Program-made: the position numbers and the translations under genes | Shown: piece after piece, positions 61,417 through 64,000 of the stretch | Position numbering within the stretch: the first letter of the stretch is position 1 | How the letters are laid out: each line of letters starts with the position of its first letter | Assembly (NCBI GenBank): GCA_028023455.1 | Contig: JAQFVV010000003.1 | Span: 29,822,001-29,886,000 of the forward strand | From: Epiperipatus broadwayi | Lineage: Eukaryota > Animalia > Onychophora | Reading direction: 5' to 3' | Length of the DNA: 64,000 bases | The notes under the pieces: generated by a model | Told to the model about the DNA's origin: nothing | What the model saw: only the letters and a program-made list of their open reading frames with translations | Databases searched by the model: none

Positions 61417-64000
61417 GTAGGTTTTTGTTTCATATATACATTTTAATATTTCTTGATCTTTTCGTATGATTTAAAAAAATATATAAATAAGGGTTTTATA
61501 ATTCCCATTCTTCTTTGTCACCACTGATGAAAGCTGGCGTGTTTTTATAAATAGTTCTAATGATTTCAGATTAACCTGGATCTTTACCTTATAGCTAATG
61601 AGGACTAGACAACTATTGGTTATCTGAAAGAAAATATTAATTTTGCTTTTGATCTGGGAAAATTTCACAATATTGAGTAGCTTAGACTTAAACTCTATAT
61701 TATAATCATGACAAGTAAATTAACTAATTGCTATATCATAAGATTCTTTCATATATATATTTTTTAAGTTCAGATTTATGAAGTTTTTTTTTGTTTGTTT
61801 GAGAGGCTTCATCGAAATAGAAAACAATGTTATTTATATTTATAAGAGATATTTACAAATTAAATTGATTTAGTACACAAAGAAGCTTGGGTATTTTATG
61901 TTTTTAAAAAGTCACTTTTAACACTTTAATCAGAGTTTAAAATAATCCAGAAATTATTTAAAGAAATTTCTAAAGAAAATCATAAATTCTGTTTTATTAT
62001 CTTTTGAAAAGTTAAAAAATATCTTAGGTGGTATTTGGTTAGAGAATGATATTACAGAAAATGACTGTTCTTTCTGATTTCATGTAGCAGCAGATAAAAG
62101 AAATAAAAAGATCAAGAAAATTAATGAATTTTTAGCATATCATGGATTAATTAAGTTATTTTAAATTGAAGAACTGCAATTGTGGAAAATAAATTTCAAT
62201 TTTATATTTGAAATTATGATTTGCCCAATCTTGAAATGGTTAAAAAAAAAAAAAGCACAATATGATAAAGGGAAAAATTCTATTCATTTATGTCATGCAC
62301 AGATTACATAGAAATAAGTCAATTTCCAATCTAAATTAAGCAATGTATGTACAACATCCTTTAAGTAACACACTCAAAGTAAAACTTCTTCACAATTCTC
62401 ATAGAGTAACAGTGAAAAAGATGATCAATTACAGTGTGATGAGACTGGAAGTTATTCATTCATGATACTTTATAATTTACTAGATACTGATTTACCATAC
62501 AATATTGAATGGTTAGCTGGATTGGTTACTTAAAAGAAAAATTCTAACTCTGGAATTTGAAAAGTTTCAGTTTTATTTAAGATTCATTCAAACCAAGATT
62601 GTAGAACACTACATACCTTACAAATGTAAGTATATTTTTATTATTATTCAGTTTATTAAATAAATATATATGCAATAATTTTATTAAATGTTCTGTAGAT
62701 TAGTTTTCCATTTTTCTTTTCAAATAATATATTTTCTCAATTATTTAATTTTAACATACTTTAAAAAAATTAGTAAGAAAAATACATTTTCTTTTTCTCC
62801 CCATTTATTTCTATTTGATAGATATTTTGTAATTTTAATTTTTAGATTCCTTTCTTCTTATTAAAATATTAATACTCTTATGTAATTTGTTTTGGAACAC
62901 ATTAGGCATTATTCTTTCTTAATAATTTTTCATATTAAATGATCTACAGTTAGATTTTACAATAACAATAAAAAAACAAAACTATTTTAAATCAAATCTT
63001 TATGTTTTAGAAATTTTTTATTAAAACATATGTCCAAATAATTAGAATTAAAAAGTGTTGTAATATAGAAGATTTCATGTCTGCCTTCAATCTAAAAAAC
63101 ATATTTAACAAAAAAAAATTATTCTACAACAAATTGTAATTTTTAAAAAAGTTAAAACATCTACATAAATAATGAAAGTATTATTTCAGATAAAATAATT
63201 TTCTACATTTAAAAAACATCAGTTACTGTTATTCATACGAAGCATTTCTTGTATGACATCAGAAAGTTTTCAGGAGGTTATACATATTATACATTTATTA
63301 AAAAATAAATATTTAATAATTTAGCACAAAAACAATTACAAAGATAATTTTTTTTCTGTCAATAATGATATAAATAATATAAAATTGTCAAAATTGACTA
63401 CACTGTGCAAGCAAAGAAATAAATTTTCAAAGTTATTTCTCTTCTTTTCTGATTATTGCTGCTACATAGGTAAAATAATTAAAACTAAATTAATTATTAA
63501 TTGATTGAAAAATATAAATCACAAATATTACTGAATAATTCAAATATAAATTATATCAAAATTGTGAAAATCATATAAACCAAATCACAGTGCTTATAAC
63601 ACAAACATCTTTCATTCAAAGAGGACAGAGGCATAATATCTTTAAGCAATTACCAAATAAGCATCTGGAGAATTGTCTAATTTGGAATAGACAATAAAAC
63701 ATTTCAAAATCATTCTATATAAAATTAAATAGTCATAAGTAATGATTTTAAATATAGAATTATAGGAATTAAAAATTGTGAAAGTCAATATTGAGATATG
63801 CATGTGTTATATTAACTCAAGGATGTGATACATTATGACTTGACATATAAATGTAACTGTATCAAATATAAAACTAATTTTGATTCAATCCTTGTCAAAA
63901 GATTCCATATCTTCTCTTTCAGTTAATGGTAAGATTCCTAGTATTCAAAACATGCATGTAATTATACTCTTAATTTCTTTATGTTTTAATGCCCATGGCA

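Noticed and set aside
62605-62625. 21-nt frame-preserving micro-exon candidate for AMT (AG|aa cac tac ... t|GTAAGT; EHYIPYK)
   Set aside because: No polypyrimidine tract and negligible homology beyond EH. It would need RNA-seq support.
1-64000. CRISPR arrays, rRNA, prokaryotic operons or a nested host gene
   Set aside because: No regularly spaced repeat-spacer array, no rRNA-like sequence, and no spliceable ORF set with homology other than AMT.

Overview
Very AT-rich metazoan genomic DNA, probably arthropod (inferred from the AMT protein and repeat families). The window holds the middle of one host gene on the + strand: aminomethyltransferase (AMT/GCST, glycine cleavage T-protein). Four coding exons (4409-4490, 30711-30856, 51157-51343, 61300-61416) are separated by GT-AG introns of about 26.2, 20.3 and 10.0 kb. 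The 5' and 3' exons lie outside the window. The introns are packed with transposon debris: a near full-length RTE LINE plus fragments, a decayed Gypsy LTR element, a Penelope-like element (PLE) with pseudo-LTRs and an inverted end, an internally deleted Merlin transposon and a hAT MITE (both with perfect 8-bp TSDs), Tx1/L1 and Ingi/Vingi-like 3' ends, solo-LTR-like segments and several fold-back elements. The most interesting signal is not protein-coding. At least three unrelated families of type-I hammerhead ribozyme motifs are present, at about 35.4-38.3, 42.6-43.3 and 50.1-50.5 kb. All sit in inverted or rearranged repeats, and two families are physically linked to tRNA-like (Pol III A/B box) sequence. 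There is also an HDV-like ribozyme candidate at the RTE 5' end. Every sense-strand hammerhead copy carries a lesion, often at the C11.1-G12 CpG. All calls were made by eye, with no database search or folding run.
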